NCBI RefSeq assembly: GCF_000092105.1
Contig: NC_014148.1
Coordinates: 3,660,001-3,692,000 of the forward strand
Direction: 5' to 3'
DNA from: Planctopirus limnophila DSM 3776
GTDB taxonomy: Bacteria; Planctomycetota; Planctomycetia; Planctomycetales; Planctomycetaceae
DNA length: 32,000 nucleotides
The position numbers were made by a program, and so were the translations under genes. The notes under the pieces are model-generated. The model saw only the letters and a program-made list of their open reading frames with translations. It did no database searches and had not been told where the DNA came from. This document shows positions 16,516 through 25,215 of this stretch, piece after piece; positions within the stretch are counted from its first letter, which is position 1, and every line of letters begins with the position of its first letter.

Positions 16516-17562
16516 TTAGAATTCGGAAGTCAGTTCGCCACCGGATATACTGTTGAGATTTCGGTGAACAGTAAAATCGAGATTCTCAGAGATGAACCGG
16601 ACACTTCCATCCCCCAGCAGCATATGCACGCCACCGGTATGCATGCTGCGGGGTGCCACTTCTCCATCGCCCCGGTCGAATGCACAGCCCATTCCATTTT
16701 GCGGTGCGTTCGTGCAACCATCGACATCGTCAGCAAATGCATCCCGGGCATTGATGCCACTGCAATCGGCCAGGCCAGATGTCCCGACGTCGCAACCGCC
16801 AACGAGACTCGCACCAAAGCGGCCCAGAGCCCAGACTCCTCGCGGATCCTGATTATTTACGCCGACACGAATCTCCCAGACCATCGCCGAGTTGCTGGTG
16901 CCATCCGTGAATTCACTGAACTTTGAACCTGAGCCAAACCCCATGGCCCCTTTCTTTTGTGACGGCGTGGCTCGATGCTGGATTTGCCATTCGTACATTT
17001 CGCGACCGAGATTGGCACCATAATTTGCGCGAGCCCAGGGTCTGCCAGCTGTAGTTGCTGCCCCCGTGTTGTCAAAAGTGTTGTATCGTTCGAGAGGGGC
17101 ACCATTGAAGGCATCGGAGGGACACAAGTATCCGGAAATGGTAGTGCTGCGAACTGTGGCATTGTTTCCACTGGCAACGCTGAGCGGGGTGTTGATATCG
17201 ACCAGATTGTAAAGGGGTGCCTGATCGATGTAAGGCAACAGGGAAACCATCCAGTTCGTCCCCAGATGACGATTCTGATCGAGAACTGCAGCAAATCGAC
17301 TGGGAAGATCCTGAGTGTTGTTCGTTGCCAGCCTGACGATGAGGCCGGGGGGCAAAGTGCCGTGATTGTCGTGATAATTGTGGAGTGCAATGCCCAGCTG
17401 TTTGATATTGTTCCGGCATTGTGTGCGGCGAGCCGCTTCACGTGCCTGCTGTACCGCAGGCAACAGCAGTGCCATCAGAATCGCAATGATCGAGATCACC
17501 ACCAGCAATTCAATCAGCGTGAAACCACTCGAACGTGATCGTGCCTTCAAGGCAGGCAACAT
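16516..17562 (-). CDS. DUF1559 family protein with prepilin-type N-terminal cleavage/methylation domain (paralog of 574..1548)
   Basis: ORF 16516..17652. The likely start is ATG 17562, giving MLPALKARSRSSG/FTLIELLVVISIIAILMALLLPAVQQAREAARRTQCRNNIKQLGIALHNYHD. C-terminal HTGGVHMLLGDGSVRFISENLD. Confidence 0.85.
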   Translation of the reverse strand: MLPALKARSRSSGFTLIELLVVISIIAILMALLLPAVQQAREAARRTQCRNNIKQLGIALHNYHDNHGTLPPGLIVRLATNNTQDLPSRFAAVLDQNRHLGTNWMVSLLPYIDQAPLYNLVDINTPLSVASGNNATVRSTTISGYLCPSDAFNGAPLERYNTFDNTGAATTAGRPWARANYGANLGREMYEWQIQHRATPSQKKGAMGFGSGSKFSEFTDGTSNSAMVWEIRVGVNNQDPRGVWALGRFGASLVGGCDVGTSGLADCSGINARDAFADDVDGCTNAPQNGMGCAFDRGDGEVAPRSMHTGGVHMLLGDGSVRFISENLDFTVHRNLNSISGGELTSEF

Positions 17563-17787
17563 TTTGCAGCTCCGAAAACCACACATAAAGACGGCGACGA
17601 GCGAGCTCGTACGTGTCAAGGCATCATGAGCATCAGACCAAAGGATGATCAACAGAATTTCTGAAGTCGCTGATCCAGATCACATAAAAACCTTAATTTG
17701 ACGGCAAACAGCAGCACTCACCGGTGATTTTCCTAAGTATCTCCACCAACAAATAAACAAACAGGCATGAGACGGGAAGAGAACGCG

Positions 17788-19026
17788 TTACGCCATGTAA
17801 CGATGAGGTGCTTTTGCGGCTTTGTCGTAGACGCCGAAGTCGTTGAAGAACCAGCGCTTGGCCAGGCGGTAGGCCCAGCTTTTCTCGGGGATGAGCTGCT
17901 CGGGTGTGGAAGTTCCCTGAGAGGGAAGTTTTTCCATCGCTTCGAGTTCAGCCAGTGCTGTTTTTCTCGCAGTGCCATCGGGAGCCTGGTGATCTTCGAC
18001 GAGCCGCTTCAGCAGGTCTGGTCGTTCGAGCACAATGCAACCCCGTGTCGAAGAAGCAGCGAGCTTGCGGAAGTCTTCGAGGAAGACTGATTGCCGGAAG
18101 ACTTCGCGAATGGGCCGTTCATCGTGGATCGACTCTTTGGCAAACTGCACAATCGGGCAGGGTTCGATGCCTCCCCACGGACTGATATGATGGGAAATGC
18201 CTGTGGCAGCCGGGCACAGGGCCCGCCCTTCTCCATCATAGTAGGCATCGACGACTCCAATGGGCTTCGTGGCCCGAATGTTGACGACAAACTGGCGAAT
18301 TCGCAGTTGCTCCGCTTGAGAGAGTGCCAATTGAGGCTGTGGATTAGGGCCCATGGGCCGGTAAACGTGGAACCAGGTGTAGAGCACACCCATTTCAATC
18401 AGGCGGTCAACCCAGGCTTCTGTCAGCAGGTCGTCGATGTTCGTCTTGCAGACACTTGTACAAACTCCCGTGACGAGGCGTTGATTGAGGCAGTTCTGCA
18501 GACCCATCATCGTTTTGCTGAGGACATTCGACCGGCCGCGTCGTTCATCGCTGACAATCTCGGTTCCTTCGACACTGATGAGCGGAGTGACATTCCCGAT
18601 CTGTCGTAATCGGCGGGCGACCTCTGGTGTAATAAAGTGCCCGTTGGTAAAGACCTGAAAGTAGCAATCCGGGTGGCTGGCCAGAATGTCGAGCAGCTGT
18701 GGATGCATGAAGGGCTCACCACCCACGATCCCGAAGAAGCTGTTGCCGGCCTTCTTCGCATCATTGATCAACCTGTTGGCGGCTTCGAGGCTGATGGTCT
18801 GCTGCTTGGCAGCAACATCGACCCAGCATCCCTGACACCTGAGGTTACAACTGTTGATAATCGAGATGTATAAAAAGGGTGGAAAGCTCTCCCCCTGCTT
18901 CAGCCTTTGTTTGAATTTATGCACCGAGAGGGCGCCTTTGACGCCCATATTCCAGGCCAGTTTCCAGGCGAGGCGTTTATCAGTGACGGTTAACAGGCGG
19001 GCAGCAAATTCAAGGTACATAAACAT
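17788..19026 (-). CDS. Radical SAM enzyme, subfamily not recognised
   Basis: 412 aa. CX3CX2C motif in SCNLRCQGCW after a ~55-aa N-terminal extension. GGEPF motif (GIVGGEPFMHP). Sparse C-terminal cysteines (LCPAATGISHHISPWGGIEPCP...TRGC), so not a full SPASM seven-Cys pattern. Confidence 0.85.
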   Translation of the reverse strand: MFMYLEFAARLLTVTDKRLAWKLAWNMGVKGALSVHKFKQRLKQGESFPPFLYISIINSCNLRCQGCWVDVAAKQQTISLEAANRLINDAKKAGNSFFGIVGGEPFMHPQLLDILASHPDCYFQVFTNGHFITPEVARRLRQIGNVTPLISVEGTEIVSDERRGRSNVLSKTMMGLQNCLNQRLVTGVCTSVCKTNIDDLLTEAWVDRLIEMGVLYTWFHVYRPMGPNPQPQLALSQAEQLRIRQFVVNIRATKPIGVVDAYYDGEGRALCPAATGISHHISPWGGIEPCPIVQFAKESIHDERPIREVFRQSVFLEDFRKLAASSTRGCIVLERPDLLKRLVEDHQAPDGTARKTALAELEAMEKLPSQGTSTPEQLIPEKSWAYRLAKRWFFNDFGVYDKAAKAPHRYMA

Positions 19027-19103
19027 GCCTCTCTGGCGATAAGATCTCTGCCAGATGTTTGATCTATCAACGACGATTTTTCAGACTCAACATCGAAAAC
19101 ATC

Positions 19104-20258
19104 TTACACTGTGGTGGCGAGTCGATGGGTCGGATTCGGGCGTCCGGGCCGAAAACTTTGCGTCTGTCGCAAGGTGACTTGAACTCCGAGTTCATCAGCG
19201 ACGGCCTGCAAGCTGGCGATCACCAGATCTTGCAGACTCTCGGGGTCTATGGCGACGCGGGCATTCACCACCACTTCCGCCTCCTGGACGGCACATCGCG
19301 AAGGGAGGGAGAGTTCAGCCGGGCCGTCACTGCTGGTGAGGTTGGCCACACCAAAGAAACCTTCCCAGAGCCCGATCGCTTTGAGATGGGCAGTTTCCGC
19401 CCCCTTTGCTCCCAGCGATGTTTTCAACTTTTCAATGACTCCCAGCAGAAAAGCATCGAGTGCGACTGGCTGTTCGCTGCGAATGGTGAGGCTGGTATTC
19501 AGCCAGCCCAGTTCGGCTTCCCCTTCGGCATAGATGTCGTAGTCGATCTCCAGCACCTTTCGGCCAAAGATCCCTTCCTGTTCGAGAAACTCGCAAAAGC
19601 CATCGAACCCTTCGCCCGTTTTCGCAGAAACACGCAAAACGGGTGTCCCGGGGACTTTATTCTGAACTAAGGTAACCAGTTCCTGCATCTGCTCGGGAGA
19701 TAACTCATCGGCGCGATTGATCAGGACGGCATCCGCTTCTTCAAGCTGCTTTTCGAGGATGTATGCAGCCTTGGGTGAGAAGCCGCTCCCTTCACCACGC
19801 AGCACTTTCAGACCATGCGAAGGCTTGAGCAAAACAGAATAGGGGGCAATAGAAAATCTGGCGGAATAAAGCTGCTTTAATGGCTGGACCACGGTCGCCA
19901 CCAGGTCAGTACAACTTCCCACAGGTTCGGCCAGAATGATGGCGGGTGCCCGGGAGTCATCGAGTTGCCCCAGCGTGGCAATCAACTCATTGAAGTGACA
20001 GCAGAAGCAGGCTCCTGCGACCTCGCCCACATCAAAGCCTTGCGACCTTAACGAATTGGTGTCCACCAGATCGGTCGCCTGGTCATTCGTCACAATTCCG
20101 ACGGTATGGCCGGCTGCCATGTATTGCCTGGCCAGACGAGCGAGTGTGGTCGTCTTGCCAGCTCCGAGAAAGCCGCCCACCATAATGAAGCGAATGGTGC
20201 GGGATGGGGCTGCCACTGGTTGAGTTAAGCCCTGCCCTGGCAGCTTTTCCGATGACAT
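19104..20258 (-). CDS. G3E-family P-loop GTPase of COG0523 (CobW/YjiA-like) type with CxCC motif and a divergent C-terminal domain
   Basis: 384 aa. Walker [11 protein letters not shown], CxCC metal-binding motif (GACFCCH), Walker B-like [11 protein letters not shown], and NRAD in place of NKxD. I cannot assign a family to the ~170-aa C-terminal region. Confidence 0.75.
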   Translation of the reverse strand: MSSEKLPGQGLTQPVAAPSRTIRFIMVGGFLGAGKTTTLARLARQYMAAGHTVGIVTNDQATDLVDTNSLRSQGFDVGEVAGACFCCHFNELIATLGQLDDSRAPAIILAEPVGSCTDLVATVVQPLKQLYSARFSIAPYSVLLKPSHGLKVLRGEGSGFSPKAAYILEKQLEEADAVLINRADELSPEQMQELVTLVQNKVPGTPVLRVSAKTGEGFDGFCEFLEQEGIFGRKVLEIDYDIYAEGEAELGWLNTSLTIRSEQPVALDAFLLGVIEKLKTSLGAKGAETAHLKAIGLWEGFFGVANLTSSDGPAELSLPSRCAVQEAEVVVNARVAIDPESLQDLVIASLQAVADELGVQVTLRQTQSFRPGRPNPTHRLATTV

Positions 20259-20471
20259 TTCAAAACTCCGAACTCTGAACTGAACGATTAACGCAGATAT
20301 GTAAGCTTAAAGACAACTTTTGATTTTAGTGCGATGAGACTTCGAAAGCACCCTGAGATCTACGAATCTCCCGAAGATTGAAGAATCAGAAACATGATTT
20401 TTGTCCATCACTTGTCGCCTGTTCAAACTGTCTCATGAAGCCTGAACTCGATGATCAACCCGTAAGTTGGA

Positions 20472-22088
20472 TTACTCGGCCAACAATCCCAAAGACCGCC
20501 GATAGCTCTTCCGAATCTGTTCAGCTCCCACAGTTTCCACACCGGCGGCAAAACCATCCACAAGCTGTTGAGCAGCCGCTTCGCCCTGCTCAGGGTTTTC
20601 GAGCCACTGAGCAAGGGCTTTCTTTGTGGCGGCAACAAAGACCTCCTGGCCCAAAACGGGCAGGTAGGTGGTGACATCATTCGCCCGTAAGGCCTGAGCG
20701 ATCGCATCGAAGGCTTCTCCGGCACTGGCCGCGTTTAACCCCGAGATGGGCAATTGGCTCAGATTCGTCAATTGCGATTCCCGAGTCAGAGAGAGTGCTG
20801 CCCCAGGGAAGGCTTCGTCGGCGCGAAGGTCAATCAGCAGTTCCAGCAGGCTTGAAAGAGCCCCGAGTGTTTGAGTTTGCGAATGGCGGAACGTCAGGCT
20901 CCAGCCATCAAAACCAACGAGTGCCGGACGGTACCCCGCTCCATGTTTGAGCCATGTTTTCCGCAGCGGATCGTAGGCTTCTGCTGTGGCAGGGATGGGA
21001 GCGACTCCAATTTCGCCAGTGCTGTTCAATTCCAGTGACGGGGATTCGGCGGCTATCGTGGCTGAAATCCCCGGATGAGCGACCGGCTCATAGCCAATCG
21101 CCATGGCGGCCTCACCTTTCAAGACTTTCGCTCGGGCTTCGACAGCGGTGAGTTGTGCCGAGGCGGGATCGAGGAATTCCCAGCGTCTGGCGAGCCTTGA
21201 AAAGATGGCATTGGCGACAGGTTGAGAAACTCTCGACGCACCACTTCCGATTTCGAACCAGACGGAATAATCGCCCATGCCGCGGAGTAATGGCACGAGT
21301 TGGGCATGGAACCAGGTCGATCGTGTGGCCTCACCCCAGGGCTCGACGATTGGAAGTCCATTCGCCCACGCTTTCTGACTCATGAGTAAATTGTCGTAAT
21401 CACTCCACGTTTGCGGAACTTTGAGACCGGCTTTTTCCAGAAGATCCCGGCGGTAGTAGAACAGATAGACGGGCTGCGAGATCGGCAACGCAATCAGCCG
21501 CTGATTTCTTGTGGCCAACCTTTGCTTGAGGCCGTTGAGAATATCGAGCTTCTGTGGTTCACCTGTCGAATCGACCGGCTCAAACGGGGAGAGCAGATTT
21601 TTCTCGTCGAAAGCAGTCAGTTGATCGTTGGCCACAAAAGCGAGTTGCGGGTGAGAAGCGGCCTCCATCGAGCTGTCGGTAAAATTCACTACGGCCCCCG
21701 TTTGGGCTTCCCATTCACCAATGAGGACTTCCCAGAAGTCGGCCAACTTCCAGGCGGAGGGGCTGGCAATCTCCAAAGAAACCCCACTGAGCGGTTTACC
21801 GACTGGCTCGGATTTTCCCCAGGGGCAACCGGATAAACTCAGGCAGCTGGCACTTACGGCCAGGGATGCACTCTGAAGAAATGCGCGGCGAGTGACGACA
21901 TGATTCTGCTGGACCGGAAGAGAAACATCGCGGTGTTCATCACAGGAGTTGCCCATGCTGGCATTTACAGAAAGCGAGCCAGTGTTGTTATCCTGCGCGC
22001 GGGAATGCATGAACTTCTTCTCCAATTCTCCAAAGGATCGATGTCTCTCGTGTCTCTGGTTCGCTGTGGTCTGTGGCAGGTCACTCAT
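20472..22088 (-). CDS. Extracellular solute-binding protein (ABC family-1-like) with a Tat-type lipoprotein signal; no cognate transporter genes nearby
   Basis: 538 aa. TRRAFLQSASLAVSASCLSLSGC combines a twin-arginine motif with a lipobox. SBP-like core (YLFYYRRDLLEKAGLKVPQTWSDYDNLL). The start is uncertain, with alternative ATGs at 22010 and 21956. Confidence 0.75.
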   Translation of the reverse strand: MSDLPQTTANQRHERHRSFGELEKKFMHSRAQDNNTGSLSVNASMGNSCDEHRDVSLPVQQNHVVTRRAFLQSASLAVSASCLSLSGCPWGKSEPVGKPLSGVSLEIASPSAWKLADFWEVLIGEWEAQTGAVVNFTDSSMEAASHPQLAFVANDQLTAFDEKNLLSPFEPVDSTGEPQKLDILNGLKQRLATRNQRLIALPISQPVYLFYYRRDLLEKAGLKVPQTWSDYDNLLMSQKAWANGLPIVEPWGEATRSTWFHAQLVPLLRGMGDYSVWFEIGSGASRVSQPVANAIFSRLARRWEFLDPASAQLTAVEARAKVLKGEAAMAIGYEPVAHPGISATIAAESPSLELNSTGEIGVAPIPATAEAYDPLRKTWLKHGAGYRPALVGFDGWSLTFRHSQTQTLGALSSLLELLIDLRADEAFPGAALSLTRESQLTNLSQLPISGLNAASAGEAFDAIAQALRANDVTTYLPVLGQEVFVAATKKALAQWLENPEQGEAAAQQLVDGFAAGVETVGAEQIRKSYRRSLGLLAE

Positions 22089-22258
22089 CTCGGCGTCATG
22101 TGGTCAATCGCCGCATTCACTTTGCCAAAATCAACTTCGCGTTGAACGTTTGCCAGACATGCTTGCCCAGAGCTGCAAGCATGGCACATCTGATCTCACT
22201 TGTACTGCAAAAAGACGCGATGATTGAACCATGAGTTATCTATTCTGGACAAAGAACC

Positions 22259-24382
22259 TCAAGCCTTGCCAATGAGTTTCATGAATTCGGCTTCATTAAT
22301 GACTGGCACTCCCAGTGATTGGGCCTTGGTCAGTTTGCTCCCGGCATTCTCACCAGCCACGACGAAGCTGGTCTTCTTCGAGACACTGCTCGCTGCGTGT
22401 CCGCCGTGAAGACGAATCAGTTCTTCAATCTCCTCCCGGCCCATGGAGGGCAATGTACCGGTAACCACAAACGTCTTCCCTGATAGTACTCCTTCTGTTG
22501 CAGCGATTTGTTTCTGTTCGCTTTCAGTGCCGAGATTCAGCCCCAGATTTTTTAGTTCCTCAATCAGCTTCGAGCCGTACTCGGTGTGGAAGAAATGATG
22601 CACCGATTGCGCGATGACTTCGCCCACTTCGGGAGTGGCCGAAAGCTCTTCGATTGTCTGAGCAGATAATCGATCCATCGAACCAAATCGTTCGGCCAGA
22701 ATTTGTGCAGTCCGCTGCCCGACATGTCGGATATTGAGTGCCGTGAGCAATCGCCAGAGGGGTTGTTGACGAGAAGCTTCCAATCCTGCCAGGAGTGAAT
22801 CGACCGATTTCTCACCGAGTCTTTCGAGCTCAAGCAGTTCGGCTCGTTTATCAACGAGGCGATAGAGATCGCTGATGCTCTGCACCAAACGACTGGAAAC
22901 CAGTTGCTCGACCAGCTTTGTTCCCAGGCCTTCAATATCCATCGCCTGGCGGGAAGCGAAGTATCTGAGGGATTCGCGAAAGCGGGCCGGGCAATTGATG
23001 TTCGGGCAGCGAATGTAAACGCCCCCTTCATCCTGCTCGACGATTGTGGAACATTCGGGGCAAGTCTCGGGAAATCTATAGGGAGCTGTATTTGTGGGCC
23101 GAAGATGTTCCTCCACGCGAACAATGTGGGGAATGATCTTGCCGGCCTTTTCGACAATCACCGTATCGCCCACGCCAAGACCCAACCGCTCAATTTCATC
23201 GCGATTGTGCAGACTCGACCGCGAAACGGTGGTCCCTGCAATCTCGACAGGTTCGAGATCGGCGACTGGCGTCAATACGCCTGTTTTCCCGACCTGCACA
23301 GTGATGTTAAGGACCTTGGTGGCGGCCTCATAGCGTTCCCACTTATAGGCGACAATCCAGCGCGGGCTTTTGCTGGTCATTCCCAGTTCCGCCCGTAGAG
23401 CCAGATTGTTGACTTTGAAGACGAGTCCATCGACTTCAAAATCAAGTGTCGAGAGCGCTTCCATCATGGTTGGAGAGGCAGCAACCGCTGCTTCGAAGGA
23501 TGGATGGCAGGCCGTCATGGGGACAGTCGGCAATCCCACCTGATAAAAGAGCTCCAGATAATCGGCATGGGTCTTGAATCGAGTGGCCTCCTGCTCGTCG
23601 ATGGCTCCCAGCGAGTGGGCAAAGAATCGCAGCTGCCTTTGGGCACACAACTTCGGATCGAGCAGTTTGAGTGACCCTGCCGTGGCATTGCGGCTGTTCT
23701 TAAAGGGTTCTTCTCCACGCTCCAGTTGATGAGCACGAACTTTGGCGAAATCCTGATTGCCGATATAGGCCTCACCACGAACTTCGAGCAATCGCGGGAT
23801 ATTCGATTCGGCAAAGAGCGATTTTTTCGACGAGCCATCCTCCAGGAACAGCGGCACGCCTTTAATCGTCTTTGCATTATGGGTGACGTCGTCTCCGACA
23901 CGGCCATCGCCACGCGTGACAGCACGGATGAGTTTGCCCTCCTCATAGATCAACGAGAGAGCGACGCCATCGACTTTGAACTCGGCCAGCCATTCCATGG
24001 GGCCTTTCCAGCCAACTTCACTGGCGCGGCGGGAAACCTTCTGGCCAAATTCCAGCAGGCCGGATTCGTCGTAGACGTTATCAATCGAAAGCATGGGAAC
24101 GGAGTGTGCGACCTGGACAAACCCTTCGATGGGTTCGCCACCCACTTTTTGCGATGGGCTGTCGGCGGTCGTTAACTCGGGAAAGGCGGCTTCTACTTCA
24201 AGGAGGCGAGCCATCAGCCGGTCGTATTCGAGATCGCTGATCTCATTCTGGGCCAGCACGTAATACAGCCGGTCGTGCCGGCGGATTTCCTGCCGCAATT
24301 TGTCGAGAAGATGTCGGGCCTGATCTGCTGATGTCGGCAATGGTCTGGCCAGGAGTTCTGCGATACTCATCGAGTCCCACAT
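22259..24382 (-). CDS. ligA: NAD-dependent DNA ligase
   Basis: 707 aa. Adenylation KxDG motif (EFKVDGVALS), a four-Cys zinc finger (CPECS...CPNINCPA), HhH region, and a C-terminal BRCT domain (GKTFVVTGTL...SKKTSFVVAGENAGSKLTKAQSLGV). Confidence 0.97.
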   Translation of the reverse strand: MWDSMSIAELLARPLPTSADQARHLLDKLRQEIRRHDRLYYVLAQNEISDLEYDRLMARLLEVEAAFPELTTADSPSQKVGGEPIEGFVQVAHSVPMLSIDNVYDESGLLEFGQKVSRRASEVGWKGPMEWLAEFKVDGVALSLIYEEGKLIRAVTRGDGRVGDDVTHNAKTIKGVPLFLEDGSSKKSLFAESNIPRLLEVRGEAYIGNQDFAKVRAHQLERGEEPFKNSRNATAGSLKLLDPKLCAQRQLRFFAHSLGAIDEQEATRFKTHADYLELFYQVGLPTVPMTACHPSFEAAVAASPTMMEALSTLDFEVDGLVFKVNNLALRAELGMTSKSPRWIVAYKWERYEAATKVLNITVQVGKTGVLTPVADLEPVEIAGTTVSRSSLHNRDEIERLGLGVGDTVIVEKAGKIIPHIVRVEEHLRPTNTAPYRFPETCPECSTIVEQDEGGVYIRCPNINCPARFRESLRYFASRQAMDIEGLGTKLVEQLVSSRLVQSISDLYRLVDKRAELLELERLGEKSVDSLLAGLEASRQQPLWRLLTALNIRHVGQRTAQILAERFGSMDRLSAQTIEELSATPEVGEVIAQSVHHFFHTEYGSKLIEELKNLGLNLGTESEQKQIAATEGVLSGKTFVVTGTLPSMGREEIEELIRLHGGHAASSVSKKTSFVVAGENAGSKLTKAQSLGVPVINEAEFMKLIGKA

Positions 24383-24504
24383 TGCTTCGAGGATTCCTGA
24401 ATGCTCTCTCGAAGGATCATAGAGGGAACAGAAGCTTGCTCACAAACCTTTGTGAATAACGTCACTTGGGCTGTATGGATAGGAATCCGGTGATGCGGGA
24501 AAAT

Positions 24505-24993
24505 TTATCGCTTTTTCTTAGGCTTTTCGTCTTCGTCCAAGTCGTCGAAGAAATCATCTGCAGTCGTTTCGAGGTCATCGGCACTTTCGAGGAACATTTC
24601 CTGAGAGTCTGGCTCGACGGCTTCCGTCAGATCTTCTTCATCATCCACAACGGGTTCAAACGACGAGGTGGCTTCGAGATCGTCTTCGATTTCAAGCTCC
24701 TCTTCGTCATCGAGTACTTCCGCATCGTCCTCGTCGGCAACTGCTTGCGATTTTTTCCCCGCAGGTGTTTTGGCAGCGGTCTTCTTAGCTGCTGAACGGC
24801 CGCCGAAAATCAGAATCCCGACAGGCATCAGGGCGACTGTCCCGGCACAGAGCAGCGAGAGTCCCACGAAAATCTGCGACATCAGCTGGAGATTGGCCGT
24901 ATGGCTCACAAACGCCATGACCAGCAGATAACAGAGGAATCCACCGGGAATGGCCGCGACGAGCGATGTCAGTGCAAAAGAGACTTTCCCCAT
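24505..24993 (-). CDS. Hypothetical two-TM membrane protein with a strongly acidic C-terminal tail
   Basis: 162 aa. Two hydrophobic helices in the first ~70 residues, a lysine-rich linker (AAKKTAAKTPAGKK), then a D/E-dominated tail ending KPKKKR. Confidence 0.6.
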   Translation of the reverse strand: MGKVSFALTSLVAAIPGGFLCYLLVMAFVSHTANLQLMSQIFVGLSLLCAGTVALMPVGILIFGGRSAAKKTAAKTPAGKKSQAVADEDDAEVLDDEEELEIEDDLEATSSFEPVVDDEEDLTEAVEPDSQEMFLESADDLETTADDFFDDLDEDEKPKKKR

Positions 24994-25215
24994 CAGATGC
25001 TCCTGTTGTCTAATCCCAGCCTGGCCAACCTTGCGGCAGAACTTTCCAAATAGAGCTTAGATTGACAGAGGGAGGTGGAACAAGCCCCTGTTCAATGAGA
25101 GGCTGCTCCCCACCAGGACTCTCGGCTGAATGTATCGATTCTGGCACAGTGTTGTCTTATCGCTACGCCAATCGGTGTTGTTTTTTCGCTACAGAGGATG
25201 GTGATCTTCTGGGGG

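Noticed and set aside
20259-20471. Looked for a cobalamin or other riboswitch and for a small RiPP-precursor ORF upstream of the CobW-like GTPase / radical SAM pair. Also checked 19027-19103 and 17563-17787.
   Set aside because: There is no B12-box-like consensus or obvious multi-stem structure. The only minus-strand ATG ORF is 16 codons (MRQFEQATSDGQKSCF) with no Cys/Ser/Thr-rich core or leader-like features.
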